From: Verrucomicrobiales bacterium
GTDB lineage: Bacteria; Verrucomicrobiota; Verrucomicrobiia; Verrucomicrobiales; SLCJ01
NCBI GenBank assembly: GCA_046075565.1
Contig: JBJTQJ010000040.1
Span: 1-64,000 of the forward strand
DNA length: 64,000 nucleotides
Direction: 5' to 3'
The position numbers and the translations under genes are program-made. The notes beneath the pieces are model-generated. The model was not told the DNA's origin. It was given only the letters and a program-made list of their open reading frames with translations, and searched no databases. How positions within the stretch are numbered: position 1 is the first letter of the stretch; the number at the start of each line of letters is the position of its first letter. This document shows positions 8,158 through 17,342 of the stretch, one piece after another.

Positions 8158-11037
8158 ATGTATTCGGATCCCGCCAACCGATTGATCAAGTTCATTTGCC
8201 GCGCGCGGCGAACGCGCTACGCCATTTTCCCGGCGTTATTTTTTGTTTGGCTGGGACTCGGAGCTATCGCGTCCGCCCAGGCACCGGTCGATGCGCCCCC
8301 GGCTGCCGGAGGAGGTACCATTGTCGAACGCGTCACCGCCGCGCGGGCCGATTTCGACGCCGGGCGTTTTGCCGAAGCCGCGGATGGATTCGCCGGCATC
8401 GAACGCGATTACGGCCAAAATCCCCAGGCCGCCAAAGTCATCGCTTCCCATCGTGCCTTGCATGCCATGGCCGTCGCCCGGGCGGGGCGCGCCGCCGACG
8501 CGCTCCCGCTAATCGAAACCGCCGCGCGTCAACCGGAGACCCTGCCGGCCACGCGCGATCTGCTCGCCTATCTCCGGGCGGTGTGCTTCTACCAGCTCGA
8601 AAAATGGCCGGAAGCCCGCGAAGCCCTGCTGGCAATTTTTAACAATCTCGGACAGCCCCGCGCCCGGCGCCTCGAAGCCTATCTGATGGCCGGCTCGACC
8701 TTTCAGAAGGAGAACGACCATGAGGGAGCCGCGAAGTTTTTCCTCGAAGCTTCGGAAAAACTCCGCAAAGCCGAACCCGCCCTCGCCGCCCGCGCGGGAT
8801 TGATCAGCCTGCAATCGCGTCTCCAAGCTGGAGATCTCGATGGAGCCCTCGCCAGCGTGCGCGCCGGTTACCTCACCATCCGCGAACAGCCGCAGATCAT
8901 CACGTTCCAAATGCTCACGCTCGATTTGGGCAACCGCTTCCTCGCGGAAAAGAAATGGCTCGAGGCCATCGTCTGCTTCCAACGCGTCTGGACACGGGAG
9001 CGCCTCCTGCGCCATCAGCGTGATCGCATCGCCGCCTGGCAACGCGACCGCGCTGTCGCGGCCAAACAACCTGATGCCCCCGAGCAACTCCCTCGGCTCG
9101 ATGGACTCATCGCCGCCGCCGAAAAAGAAGTCGCCACGCTTGATGCGAACCCAGGATTCGACGCCGCGACCCGCTTCCGTCTCGCCAATGCATTTCTCCA
9201 GCTCGGACGCCATGCCGAAGCTGCCACCATCCTCGGCACCATGCTCGAATCCCTCCCGCCCGATCCGGTGGTCGAGCAATCCGCCGTCGCCCTCGTGCAG
9301 TGTTGGCTGCAGGAAAAACGCTGGGAACGCGCCATTGCCGCGGTCAATCTCTACGAGAAACGTTTTGCGACTAACACGATTGCCGTCCACCACCCTGATC
9401 TGTTATTGCTCAAAGCCGTCGCGCTCGAAAGCGACGCCCGTTACGCGGATTCCGCCGAAGTCTGCGCCGATCTCGTTCTCCGTTTTCCGAAAAGTAACGC
9501 CGCCGAAACCGCCGCTTTTAAAAACGGGTGGCTGCTCCTCATGGCCGACCGCAACGAGGACGGCTTGCGTGTCCTGCGCGCATTTCCGGAGAAATTCCCC
9601 AAGTCGCAACTCCGCGAAGATGCGACCTACTGGGAAGGTGAGGCTCTGGCCATGCTCGGACGCCACGATGAAGCGCGTGACCATCTCTCCAACTACCTCT
9701 CCGACGTGAAGAAGAAGAAATGGCGCGGCGACTATGCCGATGGAGCGGCTTTCCGACGCGCCTTCTGCCTATTCGCGGCTGCCCGCTACGATGATGCCAT
9801 CACTGAATTCCGCGCCTTTCTCCGCGCCCATGAAGGCAGCGAATACATCGATGAAGCCTATCTCCTCTTGGGCGACGCCCTCGGGGGAGTCGGCAAAACC
9901 GATGCCGCCCTCGAGGCCTACGCGAAGATCAAACCATCCTCCGGGCGCTTCCACGAGGAAGGCATCTTCAAGACCGGCAAAGTGCTCAAACTGACCGGCG
10001 AAATCAAGGCCATGCGGGAACACTTCAGCGCCTTCCTGAAGAAATACCCGCGCAGCAGCCGCGCCGCCGAAGCCGTGCATTGGGTATCATGGACATGGCA
10101 ACAGGAAGGCGATGAAAACAAAGCCCGCGAAGCTGCCTGGGATGCCTTCACCCGCTTCGGTGGCGATCCCGAGCAATCCGGCGTTGAGGACATTCTGGAA
10201 GCGCTCGCGAAGATGCACCGCCGTGATGAAGAAAGCGCGACTCTTTTCCGACTCCGCCTCTACCAACTCGCTCAACCCGGTCGCGATGAAAAGGCCGATG
10301 CCGCATCCCGTCTTCTCGCCTGTCGCGCTCTCTGGGCCAGGGCACGTTTTGTCGAACGCACCGACGCGACCAACTTCCGAGCCGACATGCTCGCGGCCTC
10401 GGCGCTCATCCAACCCAAGGATCACCCGCCGCGCCTGACCGTCGACATTTCCCTCGCCCTCGAATCGATCGGTCTCGGCGAACGCGCCCGCGAGCTGCTC
10501 GCCGAAACCCGCAAATGGCATCCGCGCACGTTAGAGAAAGCCCGCCTCTACGCCGCTCTCGGTCGTCTCGCGGAAAAAGCAGGCGACGCGAAGGCGGCCC
10601 TCGCTGCCTATGATCGCTTCGACACCGAAGGCATCACGCCTCCGGCCGATGTGCGCGCGGAAGTCCAGCTCGCCCGCGCCCGCCTCGAAGCCGCCGCCGG
10701 CAAAACCGATTCTGCCTTCGCACGATGGAAAGATGTTCAGACCGACCGCACCTTTCCCGCCCGAGCGCGGGCCACCGCGTTTTTTGAGAACGGCCTCGCT
10801 CTCGTGGAAAAAGACCCGTCCACAGCTGCGCCATTCTTCGAACGTGTCTATGTCGCCTTCGGAGGACAACACGATCTCGTTGCCGCCGCCTATCTCGAGC
10901 GCGCCCGCTGCCTCGAACGTATTGGCGAAAAAGAAAAAGCTCTCGAAGTTTATCGCGAACTCGCCAACCGCGATGATCTCCCCGGCCAGGAAAAAGCAAT
11001 CAACGAAGCCCGCGGCAAAGCCGGTGTCTCCCGATGA
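8158..11037 (+). CDS. Large exported tetratricopeptide-repeat protein
   Basis: Signal peptide (..IASA|Q); many TPR-like units with P.S...A.Y..G turns; 959 aa. Confidence 0.88.
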   Translation: MYSDPANRLIKFICRARRTRYAIFPALFFVWLGLGAIASAQAPVDAPPAAGGGTIVERVTAARADFDAGRFAEAADGFAGIERDYGQNPQAAKVIASHRALHAMAVARAGRAADALPLIETAARQPETLPATRDLLAYLRAVCFYQLEKWPEAREALLAIFNNLGQPRARRLEAYLMAGSTFQKENDHEGAAKFFLEASEKLRKAEPALAARAGLISLQSRLQAGDLDGALASVRAGYLTIREQPQIITFQMLTLDLGNRFLAEKKWLEAIVCFQRVWTRERLLRHQRDRIAAWQRDRAVAAKQPDAPEQLPRLDGLIAAAEKEVATLDANPGFDAATRFRLANAFLQLGRHAEAATILGTMLESLPPDPVVEQSAVALVQCWLQEKRWERAIAAVNLYEKRFATNTIAVHHPDLLLLKAVALESDARYADSAEVCADLVLRFPKSNAAETAAFKNGWLLLMADRNEDGLRVLRAFPEKFPKSQLREDATYWEGEALAMLGRHDEARDHLSNYLSDVKKKKWRGDYADGAAFRRAFCLFAAARYDDAITEFRAFLRAHEGSEYIDEAYLLLGDALGGVGKTDAALEAYAKIKPSSGRFHEEGIFKTGKVLKLTGEIKAMREHFSAFLKKYPRSSRAAEAVHWVSWTWQQEGDENKAREAAWDAFTRFGGDPEQSGVEDILEALAKMHRRDEESATLFRLRLYQLAQPGRDEKADAASRLLACRALWARARFVERTDATNFRADMLAASALIQPKDHPPRLTVDISLALESIGLGERARELLAETRKWHPRTLEKARLYAALGRLAEKAGDAKAALAAYDRFDTEGITPPADVRAEVQLARARLEAAAGKTDSAFARWKDVQTDRTFPARARATAFFENGLALVEKDPSTAAPFFERVYVAFGGQHDLVAAAYLERARCLERIGEKEKALEVYRELANRDDLPGQEKAINEARGKAGVSR

Positions 11038-11984
11038 AAAGAATCGCCGCCATCATTCTCCCGCTCCTGCTTTCGACGCCTCTCGCGTCGGCGCAGGACA
11101 CGATCCATTTCAAGGATGGGAAAACAGAAGCCGGCACCGTGGTTGAATTGACCGGAGGCTTCGTCGTCCTGCGCCTGCCCGCGCCCAACACGACGGTCCG
11201 GCGTCATCGCGCGGAAGACATCGCGACCGTGCGCTTCAGTGATCGGCCTGAAATGGCGCGCGCCCGCGCCGCCGAAGGCAACGAACGTGTCGACTTGCTG
11301 CGCCGCGTCTGGTATCTGCTGAGGCCTTCGATTGGTCTGCCCGAAAGCCCGGCCGGTGATTGGGGACTCCTCTTCGCGACTGCAATCCTCGGCAGCCAAG
11401 TTCAGGACAACGTGAAACTTTCCTTCGAAGTATTCCAAACCATCGAGCACCAAGATTGGAACCGCGAGCGCCGACACGCCGCCAGACGCGGGCGTTTCAA
11501 CGCCATGCTCAACCTCGGACTCATGGAGGAAGCCATGGCGGAGGCCCGCGCTGTCGCATCCGATCCCGCGCAGGAAGATCCGGAATTGCTCATTATCGCG
11601 CGCATGATGCTCGGCGACCTCGCTTTCCGCCAACTCAAGGAATTGGAAGAGGAAAACCCGCGCTGGGATCTCGATGATCTCGTGAGACCGCGCCGTAATG
11701 CCTTGCGCGACGACGCGCTTGATCAATATCTATTCGCCCACCTCTACCATGGCGATTTACCGGAGTCCGCGGCGCGCGGCCTCGCCGCGGCCATCGAAGT
11801 CATCCTCCACGACACCGACCGCACCGGAGCCGCCGCCCGCGCCCGCGACCTTGTGACTTTGTATCCAGACACCGAAGCAGCCAAGTCCATCGCCGCCCTT
11901 GCCGAAGAGGGCAAAAAAGCTACCGACAAGGAAAACGATTCTCCCGACAACACCGAAGATTCAACCAATCCAAACGAACCATGA
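11034..11984 (+). CDS. Exported helical/TPR-like protein
   Basis: Signal peptide, DTIHFKDGK..G N-terminal beta motif, YPDTEAA TPR end; ATGA overlap with the upstream gene. Confidence 0.85.
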   Translation: MKRIAAIILPLLLSTPLASAQDTIHFKDGKTEAGTVVELTGGFVVLRLPAPNTTVRRHRAEDIATVRFSDRPEMARARAAEGNERVDLLRRVWYLLRPSIGLPESPAGDWGLLFATAILGSQVQDNVKLSFEVFQTIEHQDWNRERRHAARRGRFNAMLNLGLMEEAMAEARAVASDPAQEDPELLIIARMMLGDLAFRQLKELEEENPRWDLDDLVRPRRNALRDDALDQYLFAHLYHGDLPESAARGLAAAIEVILHDTDRTGAAARARDLVTLYPDTEAAKSIAALAEEGKKATDKENDSPDNTEDSTNPNEP

Positions 11985-12946
11985 TCACTCCCCTACCCCA
12001 GACGCTTCGCGGCAAGACCGCCTCGGTTTTGCCCTTGCTCTCACTTCACCCTTCCGGGCAAGAGCGGGACGCTCTTGCTTCGACCCCCAATCCATCTCCA
12101 AATTCCCACACCCATCGTAGCAAGACCGTCTCGGTCTTGCCTTCTGGTTTCGGATTCTTCTTCCGAGCCTTCGGCGTTTTCGTCCTTCTCTGCCTCCCCG
12201 TCTTCGCCCAGGAAGCGCCTGCGGAGCCATCCCCGGTCGCCGAGGTGAAAACCAAAACCGCTCTCGACTACTACAACAGCGGGGGCTCGATGATGCATCC
12301 CATTCTGTTATGCAGCATCGGCACCATCGCCGTGCTCGGTTACGCCTTCCTCCAGATCACCCGCAAGAAAATGATGCCGATGGGCCTGCACCAGACCCTC
12401 ACGCGCCACATGCAACACCGTCAGGTCGGCGAGGCCTTCCAGATCTGCCAGGACAACCCCAACAGCTACACCAATGTGGTTTCCTCCGCCCTGCTCAAGG
12501 TGAACTTCGACCGCGATCTCGCCAACAAGGTTTCCATGGAGCAAGCCATCATGGACAGCCTCGATGAAGAGGAAACCAAACAGATGATGTGGGTGAACTA
12601 CCTCAATGTCTTCGCCACCATCGCTCCCATGCTCGGTCTGCTCGGCACGGTCGGCGGTATGATCCTGAGCTTCGACCAACTCGCAGCCGGCAAATCCGAC
12701 CCAAGCGAACTGGCTGGCGGCATCGGTGTTGCCATGATCACCACGGCGGGCGGGCTCCTCGTCGGCATTCCCGCCATGTTCTTCTATTTCTTCTTCCGGA
12801 ACCGCGTCATGGGCATCATGACCAGCATCCAGAAGAATGCCACCTTCCTCATCGACGTGCTCTCGGGTGAAGTGCGTCTCTCCGGAGAAGGCGCGCCCGC
12901 CGGCGAAAGCGAGGGCGTCGAAGCCGAGGAATCACGTCCCGAGTGA
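11981..12946 (+). CDS. exbB: MotA/TolQ/ExbB proton-channel subunit with an unusual N-terminal extension
   Basis: GGSMMHPILLCS, ATIAPMLGLLGTVGGMI, LAGGIGVAMITTAGGL.V.IP motifs. Confidence 0.9.
   Translation: MITPLPQTLRGKTASVLPLLSLHPSGQERDALASTPNPSPNSHTHRSKTVSVLPSGFGFFFRAFGVFVLLCLPVFAQEAPAEPSPVAEVKTKTALDYYNSGGSMMHPILLCSIGTIAVLGYAFLQITRKKMMPMGLHQTLTRHMQHRQVGEAFQICQDNPNSYTNVVSSALLKVNFDRDLANKVSMEQAIMDSLDEEETKQMMWVNYLNVFATIAPMLGLLGTVGGMILSFDQLAAGKSDPSELAGGIGVAMITTAGGLLVGIPAMFFYFFFRNRVMGIMTSIQKNATFLIDVLSGEVRLSGEGAPAGESEGVEAEESRPE
12009..12141. repeat. Three alternating-orientation GTAG-type REP palindromes (BIME-like) within the 5' part of the exbB ORF
   Basis: GCGG-CAAGACCG-CCT-CGGTTTTG (12009), reverse-strand GAAG-CAAGAGCG-TCC-CGCTCTTG (hairpin 12058-12078), GTAG-CAAGACCG-TCT-CGGTCTTG (12117). 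Confidence 0.8.
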
Positions 12947-12967
12947 CGCCCAACACCCCCTCTTGCA

Positions 12968-13381
12968 ATGGCCAGCCGCCGCCGCAAACGCACCGAAGAC
13001 GATGTCGGGTTCCAATTGGCCCCGATGATCGACATGACGTTCCTGCTGCTTATTTTCTTCATGCTCACCTCCACCGTCACGAATCTCAAGGTGCGGCAGG
13101 AAGTGAAGGTGCCCGTGGCCCCCAGCGCGGTCATTCCCAAGGATGCTTCCCATCGTCTGCTCATCAATATCGAGGCCAAGGGCGACCTTTTCCTCGGCGA
13201 CAAGGCCATCGGTGAAAAAGCACTCGCCGAAGAACTCAATCGCCAGTTCCAGAGCAATCCGCCCCTCCAACTCTATATCCGCGCTGACCGCGCCGTCGAG
13301 GCCAAACGCATCAAACAAATCGTCCGCCTCGCCACGGAAGCAGGTGCCGTCAAAGTGATCATCGCCACGACGAAGAAGTGA
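12968..13381 (+). CDS. exbD: ExbD/TolR family protein
   Basis: LAPMIDMTFLLLIFFM TM with the conserved Asp; IRAD motif. Confidence 0.95.
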   Translation: MASRRRKRTEDDVGFQLAPMIDMTFLLLIFFMLTSTVTNLKVRQEVKVPVAPSAVIPKDASHRLLINIEAKGDLFLGDKAIGEKALAEELNRQFQSNPPLQLYIRADRAVEAKRIKQIVRLATEAGAVKVIIATTKK

Positions 13382-13445
13382 AGTAAAGAGCCTGATTGCC
13401 GTCGCCCTGTCCTGGTTGGTTTATCCGGCGTTGGTGGCTTTCGAC

Positions 13446-14163
13446 CGCCCCTTCAGGGCTCGGCAACGTTTCTCTCTTGTGTTCCCGGGGCGTCGCCCCG
13501 GGCTGTCTTGGTTTGCCCCTTCGGGGCGTGGGGAATGAGCGGACAGTCGAACGTATCCCATGCCAAGTTTATTTGCACACGGAGAAAATTGCCGAGCCCT
13601 CACCTCCCAGGGTCAACCGCCCGACCGCACTCGCCTCGCGTGTCGGGAAAGAGCGCATCCTCTTCAAGGAGCCAACGGCCAGCCCACACTCGCACAGCTG
13701 TTCGGGAAGAACGCATCTTCTCCAAAGGGCCAACGGCCCGCGTCAAAGGCACCCCGCGTATCTGGGAAGAGAGCATCCTCTCCAAAGGGCCAACGGCCGG
13801 CCCACACTCGCACGGCTGTTCGGGAAGAACGCATCTTCTCCAAAGGGCCAACGGCCCGCGTCAAAGGCACCCCTCGTATCTGGGAAGTGAGCATCATCTC
13901 CAAAGGGCCAACGGCCAGCCCACACTCGCCTCGCGCGTCGGGAAAGAGCGCATCCTCTTCAAGGAGCCAACGGCCGGCCCACACTCGCACGGCTGTTCGG
14001 GAAGAACGCATCCTCTCCAAAGGGCCAACGGCCTGCGTCAAAGGCACCCCGCGTATCTGGGAAGAGAGCATCCTCTCCAAAGGGCCAACGGCCCGGCCCA
14101 AGGCAGCCCGGGGCACCGCCCCGGGAAGACCCCACGCCCCGACAATCAAGCCCTGAAGGGGCG
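13446..14163. repeat. Left repeat cassette: forward tripartite hairpin unit (13446-13528), 8-unit ~59-nt tandem array (~13610-14093), reverse tripartite unit (14082-14163)
   Basis: Unit = CGCCCCTTCAGGGCT-N~23-CCCGGGGCnnnGCCCCGGG-linker-terminal hairpin. Array core G(G/A)GCCAACGGCC at 13669, 13727, 13787, 13845, 13905, 13964, 14022, 14082. Confidence 0.93.
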
Positions 14164-14192
14164 GCCAAAACACAAGGTCAACCGTTCACACT

Positions 14193-14645
14193 TCAATCCC
14201 AGACGTAGCGCTCATCAAATGCGATCCCGTGCCGTTTCAAAAACCCCCGGTACTCCTCCTGAAAGGTTTTCATCCGATGATGTTCGCGCTGATTGGCAAT
14301 ATATTCGCGGACGACTTCCACATTTGACTCGGAGACGGCAAACGCACCATAACCGGATTGCCATGCGAATGCCGTGAATCCCGGCCCATTCGTCTTGATC
14401 CATTTCGACGAGGATTTTTTCACATCCTCGACGACCTGGCTAAGCGCCACGGTTCGGGAAAGATCGAAGAGAAGATGCGCATGGTCTTCCATGGAATTGA
14501 TCAGCACGGGAACGCAGCCCATGTTCTGCAACACACTTGCCATGTAACCGTGCAGGTGCTCACGAACCCCGTCGGTTATGAATGGCTCCCGATTCTTGGT
14601 GCTGAATACGAGATGGATATGCAGACGTGCGAGGGATTGCGGCAT
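14193..14645 (-). mobile_element. tnpA: IS200/IS605-family HUH (Y1) transposase TnpA, REP-associated type, no tnpB
   Basis: HLVFSTKNR, HUH motif EDHAHLL, K..SS.W, FAWQSGYGAFAVS, catalytic YIANQREHH; 150 aa, intact. Confidence 0.93.
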
Positions 14646-14654
14646 CGGGAGGTT

Positions 14655-15131
14655 CGCCCTTTCAGGGCTCAGCAAGGTTTTGTTTCGTATTCCCGGGGCG
14701 TTGCCCCGGGCCGTCTTGGTTTGCCCTTCGGGGCGAAAGAAGCATCGATGGATGGACCCTATTCCATGCTCCGATGATTTGCATCCCCAGAAAATTGCCA
14801 AGAGCCCACCTCAAAGGCCCAACCGCTTGATCGCACGCGCTTCGCGCGTCGGAAAGAACGCATCTCTCCAAAGGGCCAACGGCCCGACCCACACTCGCCC
14901 GGCTGTTCGGGAAGAACTCATCTTCTCCAAAGGGCCAACGGCCTGCGTCAAAGGCACCCCTCGTATCTGGGAAGTGAGCATCATCTCCAAGGGCCAACGG
15001 CCTGCGTCAAAGGCACCCCTCGTATCTGGGAAGTGAGCATCATCTCCAAGGGCCAACGGCCCGGCCCAAGCCAGCCCGGGGCATCGCCCCGGGACTCTCA
15101 TGCGCCCCACAAACCAAGCCCTGAAAGGGCG
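14655..15131. repeat. Right repeat cassette, a direct homologue of the left: forward unit (14655-14735), 4-unit array, reverse unit (15050-15131)
   Basis: Same hairpin units and homologous linker (ATTTGCA..AGAAAATTGCC..CACCTC); array cores at 14873, 14932, 14991, 15050. Confidence 0.93.
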
Positions 15132-15167
15132 ACCTAAGGCCGCTATCCTCAAGGAACCGCCCACCTC

Positions 15168-15614
15168 CTAATCCCGTTGCCCCGGGATGATCAGGGTCGG
15201 CAACTCGGCGCGTCGAACGATGCCTTGGGCGACCGAACCCATGAGCAACGCGCTGATGACTCCGTGGCCATGAGCCCCCAACACCAGCAGATCCGCTTTT
15301 TTCTCCCGGCAGAAGAAAAGAATTCCCTCCACGGGCGTGGAGAATAGAACGGCGGTTTTTACCGTTCCGATGGGCAAACCAAGCCCAACCGCCAATTCCG
15401 CGATCCGGGATTCCGAAGCCGCCCGCAGGCGTTCATCCGGCGGGACCGCTGGAAACTCGGCCGGCGAAAATCCGTAGAGCCCGTAATCCGGACCCGGCGG
15501 AAGCGCATGCACGAGGTGCAGTTCCGCACCAAACGCGCGGGCCAATGCCGTGGCCTGTTCCAGGACAGGCGCCGTCACATCCGAGAAGTCAACCGCTGCC
15601 ACAATTGTTTGCAT
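15168..15614 (-). CDS. Universal stress protein (Usp family)
   Basis: IVAAVDFS, ADLLVLGAHG, LMGSVAQGIVRRAELPTLIIP. Confidence 0.93.
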   Translation of the reverse strand: MQTIVAAVDFSDVTAPVLEQATALARAFGAELHLVHALPPGPDYGLYGFSPAEFPAVPPDERLRAASESRIAELAVGLGLPIGTVKTAVLFSTPVEGILFFCREKKADLLVLGAHGHGVISALLMGSVAQGIVRRAELPTLIIPGQRD

Positions 15615-15946
15615 AGGAACTCCGGGGCCAACCGACCCCGCCTCCATGCTCATTGGAGCAGAAATTAGGGCCCTCTGTAAAGCAAAATCCTCGGGATCCG
15701 GGGCAAATCAGCCTCCGCCATTGTGGCGTTTTCGGCACGAAGGACGAAACCGTGCATTTTTTCTGTTCCAAGATTGCCACAAACGGACTTCAGGTCATTG
15801 CGCCCCCTCCGCACGGCGACGCCAATTGTGACGAAAATGTAAGATTTGAGGACTTGGCAGGGATGGTCGGGGTGAAGTAATGTTACAGGATCGTTGCACG
15901 GAAGAAACTACCGGAGCGCGACGCCCACCAATCCGCACTCCCATCC

Positions 15947-17107
15947 ATGAGAACTCGTTCCATCGTTCCTATCCTCGTCGCCACCGGCGCCCTCGCGTCG
16001 TTTGCCTCACTCCAAGCCGGCGAAGCCCCGGCCTCCGCCAAAGCCGTGGTTCCCGAAAAGGAAACGTCCTTTTATGACGACCTGTGGGCGCTGACCACCC
16101 TCTATTCGAACAAGGACAACCCGTTCCTACAGGAGTTGAAGTTCACCGGTCGCGCCCATTTTGACCTCTACGGGGTCGATGCCGATCAGGGCGACGCCAG
16201 CGACGCCGATGTCCGCCGCCTGCGCTTCGGCCTCAAGGCGAAGGTGCTCGAGGACTTCACCTTGCATGCGGAAGTGGACACGAATGTGGAAGATCCGAAT
16301 CCGTTTTACACCCGGCTGACCGACGCCTACCTCGCCTGGGAACCCAACAAGGCGTTCAAACTGACCATCGGGAAACACGGCATGCCGTTTACCCTCGACG
16401 GACGCACTTCCTCGAACCAACTCCTCACCATCGACCGGAGCAATCTGGCGAACAACTTCTGGTTCCCGGACGAATACCTCCCCGGGGTTAGCGTTTCCGG
16501 AGTGCAGGATGAATGGTCCTACCGGGTTGGCGTCTTCTCCAACGGCACAGCAAACTCTGAATTCGGTGAGTTCGATGCCACGTGGACGGCACTGGTTGGT
16601 TTCGGCTACGATTTCAAAGAGGCCCTCGGGGCCGACAAGGCCCTAGTCGGATTCGACTACGTGTATCAGGATCCGACGAAACAAACCACTTTCACCCGCG
16701 CCCACGAGCACGTGGCTTCCGTGAACCTGGACTATCAGGAAGGCAGGTTCGGTTTGGGTGCTGATATGTCCGCCTCGAGTGGATACGGCAGCCAGAGTGA
16801 TCTCTTTGGATTCTCTCTCATGCCCAGCTACTACCTGATCGACAAGAAGCTCCAGGCCGTGGCGCGCTACACCTTCATCAATAGTTCCGACCCGAAGGGA
16901 ATTCGCCTCGGCCGCTACGAGCGCGAGGTGGTAAGCGGCCGCGGTGACGAATACCAAGAGCTGTATGCCGGACTCAACTACTACCTCTACGGACACAAAC
17001 TCAAACTTCAGGCCGGGGTGCAATACACCGTCATGGAGGATGAAACCAATAGCGGCGGCGACTACGACGGCCTGCAAGGCGTTGTCGGGCTCCGCATGAG
17101 TTGGTAA
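15947..17107 (+). CDS. Phosphate-selective porin OprO/OprP-like outer-membrane beta-barrel
   Basis: Signal peptide, RRLRFG, LTDAYL.W, TSS..LLTIDRS, GLNYYL.GHKLKLQ, C-terminal Trp. Confidence 0.85.
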   Translation: MRTRSIVPILVATGALASFASLQAGEAPASAKAVVPEKETSFYDDLWALTTLYSNKDNPFLQELKFTGRAHFDLYGVDADQGDASDADVRRLRFGLKAKVLEDFTLHAEVDTNVEDPNPFYTRLTDAYLAWEPNKAFKLTIGKHGMPFTLDGRTSSNQLLTIDRSNLANNFWFPDEYLPGVSVSGVQDEWSYRVGVFSNGTANSEFGEFDATWTALVGFGYDFKEALGADKALVGFDYVYQDPTKQTTFTRAHEHVASVNLDYQEGRFGLGADMSASSGYGSQSDLFGFSLMPSYYLIDKKLQAVARYTFINSSDPKGIRLGRYEREVVSGRGDEYQELYAGLNYYLYGHKLKLQAGVQYTVMEDETNSGGDYDGLQGVVGLRMSW

Positions 17108-17139
17108 TCCGGCAAAAGTTTGCCATTGTCCTGGTTATC

Positions 17140-17180
17140 CGGCCGCGGGGGGCTTCGTCTCCCGCGGCCGTTCTGTTTTC
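17140..17180 (+). terminator. Intrinsic terminator after the porin gene
   Basis: Stem CGGCCGCGGG…CCCGCGGCCG followed by TTCTGTTTT. Confidence 0.7.
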
Positions 17181-17342
17181 AGGAATCTTTACCGCACATG
17201 CCCGATGGCCGCGAACAGGCGGTGCCGGGCGATGACGGAATCCACCTCCCCTTGGTCAGCTTCAACCAGCAGCCGGATCGAGTCCATGCCCCACGGCATG
17301 CTGGCGCAGGGAAATCCAGTTCGTTTGGTTTGAGCTGGATGG

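Noticed and set aside
13610-15061. CRISPR array (26-nt repeat, ~33-nt spacers)
   Set aside because: The spacers are only three recurring, mutually related types that derive from the flanking hairpin unit; the repeats are degenerate; no cas genes are in the window.
13396-15164. ORFs of 60-289 aa across the repeat cassettes (e.g. 13508-14377)
   Set aside because: They are translations of GC-rich tandem repeats in several frames and overlap tnpA; no protein-like features.
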